NCBI GenBank assembly: GCA_002706025.1 | Contig: PAJK01000034.1 | Coordinates: 21,533 to 83,176, forward strand | Reading direction: 5' to 3' | DNA from: Oceanospirillaceae bacterium | GTDB taxonomy: Bacteria > Pseudomonadota > Gammaproteobacteria > Pseudomonadales > Oceanobacteraceae | Length of the DNA: 61,644 nucleotides | Notes under the pieces: generated by a model | Seen by the model: the letters and a program-made list of their open reading frames with translations, nothing else | Databases searched by the model: none | What the model was told of the DNA's origin: nothing | In this document: piece after piece, positions 60,688 to 61,644 of the stretch | Numbering within the stretch: position 1 is the first letter of the stretch | How the letters are laid out: each line of letters begins with the position of its first letter | Translations under genes and position numbers: made by a program

Positions 60688-61644
60688 TTACTTGTCTTTC
60701 ACTTCTTCAAACTCGGCGTCCACAACATCGTCATCCTGGCTGGAAGACTGGCCACCGGCGTCGGCGCCAGCAGCTTGCTCAGCCTGAGCCTGTTCAGCGT
60801 ACAGACGCTGCGCCAGACCACTGGATGCTTCAGTCAGAGCGTTGGTTTTCGCTTCGATGTCAGCTTTATCGGAACCTTTCAGAGCTTCTTCCAGATCTGC
60901 GATGGCTTTTTCGATTGCTGTTTTTTCATCGTCAGTCACTTTGTCTTTGGCATCTTCCAGCGTTTTCTTAGTCGCATGGATCAGGCCATCGGCAGTGTTA
61001 CGTACCTGTACCAGTTCTTCGAATTCACGGTCCGCTTCTGCGTTTGCTTCTGCATCGTTAACCATTTTTTCGATTTCATCGTCACTCAGACCAGAAGACG
61101 CTTTAATCACAATGGACTGCTCTTTACCGGTCGCCTTGTCTTTCGCGCTTACATTCAGAATACCGTTAGCATCGATGTCGAAGGTTACTTCAATCTGTGG
61201 CATTCCACGTGGCGCTGGCGGAATATCAGCCAGGTCGAAGCGGCCCAGAGATTTATTCTGCGAAGCCTGCTTACGCTCACCCTGTACCACGTGAATGGTT
61301 ACAGCAGTCTGGTTGTCGTCTGCGGTTGAGAACACCTGAGATTTCTTGGTAGGAATCGTGGTGTTTTTCTCGATAACCGGAGTCGCTACGCCACCCATGG
61401 TTTCAATACCCAGAGTCAGCGGAGTTACGTCCAGCAGCAGAACGTCTTTCACATCACCGGACAGAACCGCACCCTGTACCGCAGCACCAACGGCTACTGC
61501 TTCATCCGGGTTCACGTCTTTACGTGGCTCTTTACCGAAGAAATCAGCAACGCTTTTCTGTACCAGTGGCATACGGGTCTGACCGCCCACCAGGATCACT
61601 TCGTCAATCTCAGACGCTGACAGACCAGAGTCTTTCAGCGCGAT
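60688..61644 (-). CDS. dnaK: Chaperone DnaK (C-terminal part, runs off window)
   Basis: [43 protein letters not shown]. Confidence 0.99.
   Translation of the reverse strand: MALKDSGLSASEIDEVILVGGQTRMPLVQKSVADFFGKEPRKDVNPDEAVAVGAAVQGAVLSGDVKDVLLLDVTPLTLGIETMGGVATPVIEKNTTIPTKKSQVFSTADDNQTAVTIHVVQGERKQASQNKSLGRFDLADIPPAPRGMPQIEVTFDIDANGILNVSAKDKATGKEQSIVIKASSGLSDDEIEKMVNDAEANAEADREFEELVQVRNTADGLIHATKKTLEDAKDKVTDDEKTAIEKAIADLEEALKGSDKADIEAKTNALTEASSGLAQRLYAEQAQAEQAAGADAGGQSSSQDDDVVDAEFEEVKDK

Overview
Chromosomal window from a marine-type gammaproteobacterium. Gene order and protein style suggest Oceanospirillales; this is an inference, and no database search was possible. Right half (33.5-61.6 kb): conserved core, mostly on the minus strand: dnaK(partial)-dnaJ-dapB, carA-carB-greA, rlmE-ftsH-folP-glmM-tpiA-secG-tRNA-Leu(GAG)-rimP-nusA-infB-rbfA-truB-rpsO-pnp. 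It carries two insertions: a KAS III/fabA/thioesterase block, and a clear Vibrio LuxR/HapR/SmcR-type TetR regulator between carA and dapB. nusA is interrupted by one in-frame TAA. Left half: dnaE plus accessory genes. Main candidates for undescribed biology: (1) an archaeal-type NMP(AMP) phosphorylase + PRPP-synthetase-like + divergent phosphoketolase operon, divergent from a beta-CASP nuclease, with an FNR-type box at exact class II geometry; (2) an AT-richer block downstream of pnp holding five paralogous, very acidic, Cys-stapled lipoproteins, a beta-barrel and a CphA2-like ATP-grasp ligase, with a 17-bp operator also found 26 kb away; (3) the HapR-like regulator with a complex upstream region; (4) a GGA-rich, independently terminated sRNA candidate at about 160-520. 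No CRISPR array, integrase or transposase was seen. Family calls rest on remembered motifs and need HMM/BLAST confirmation.
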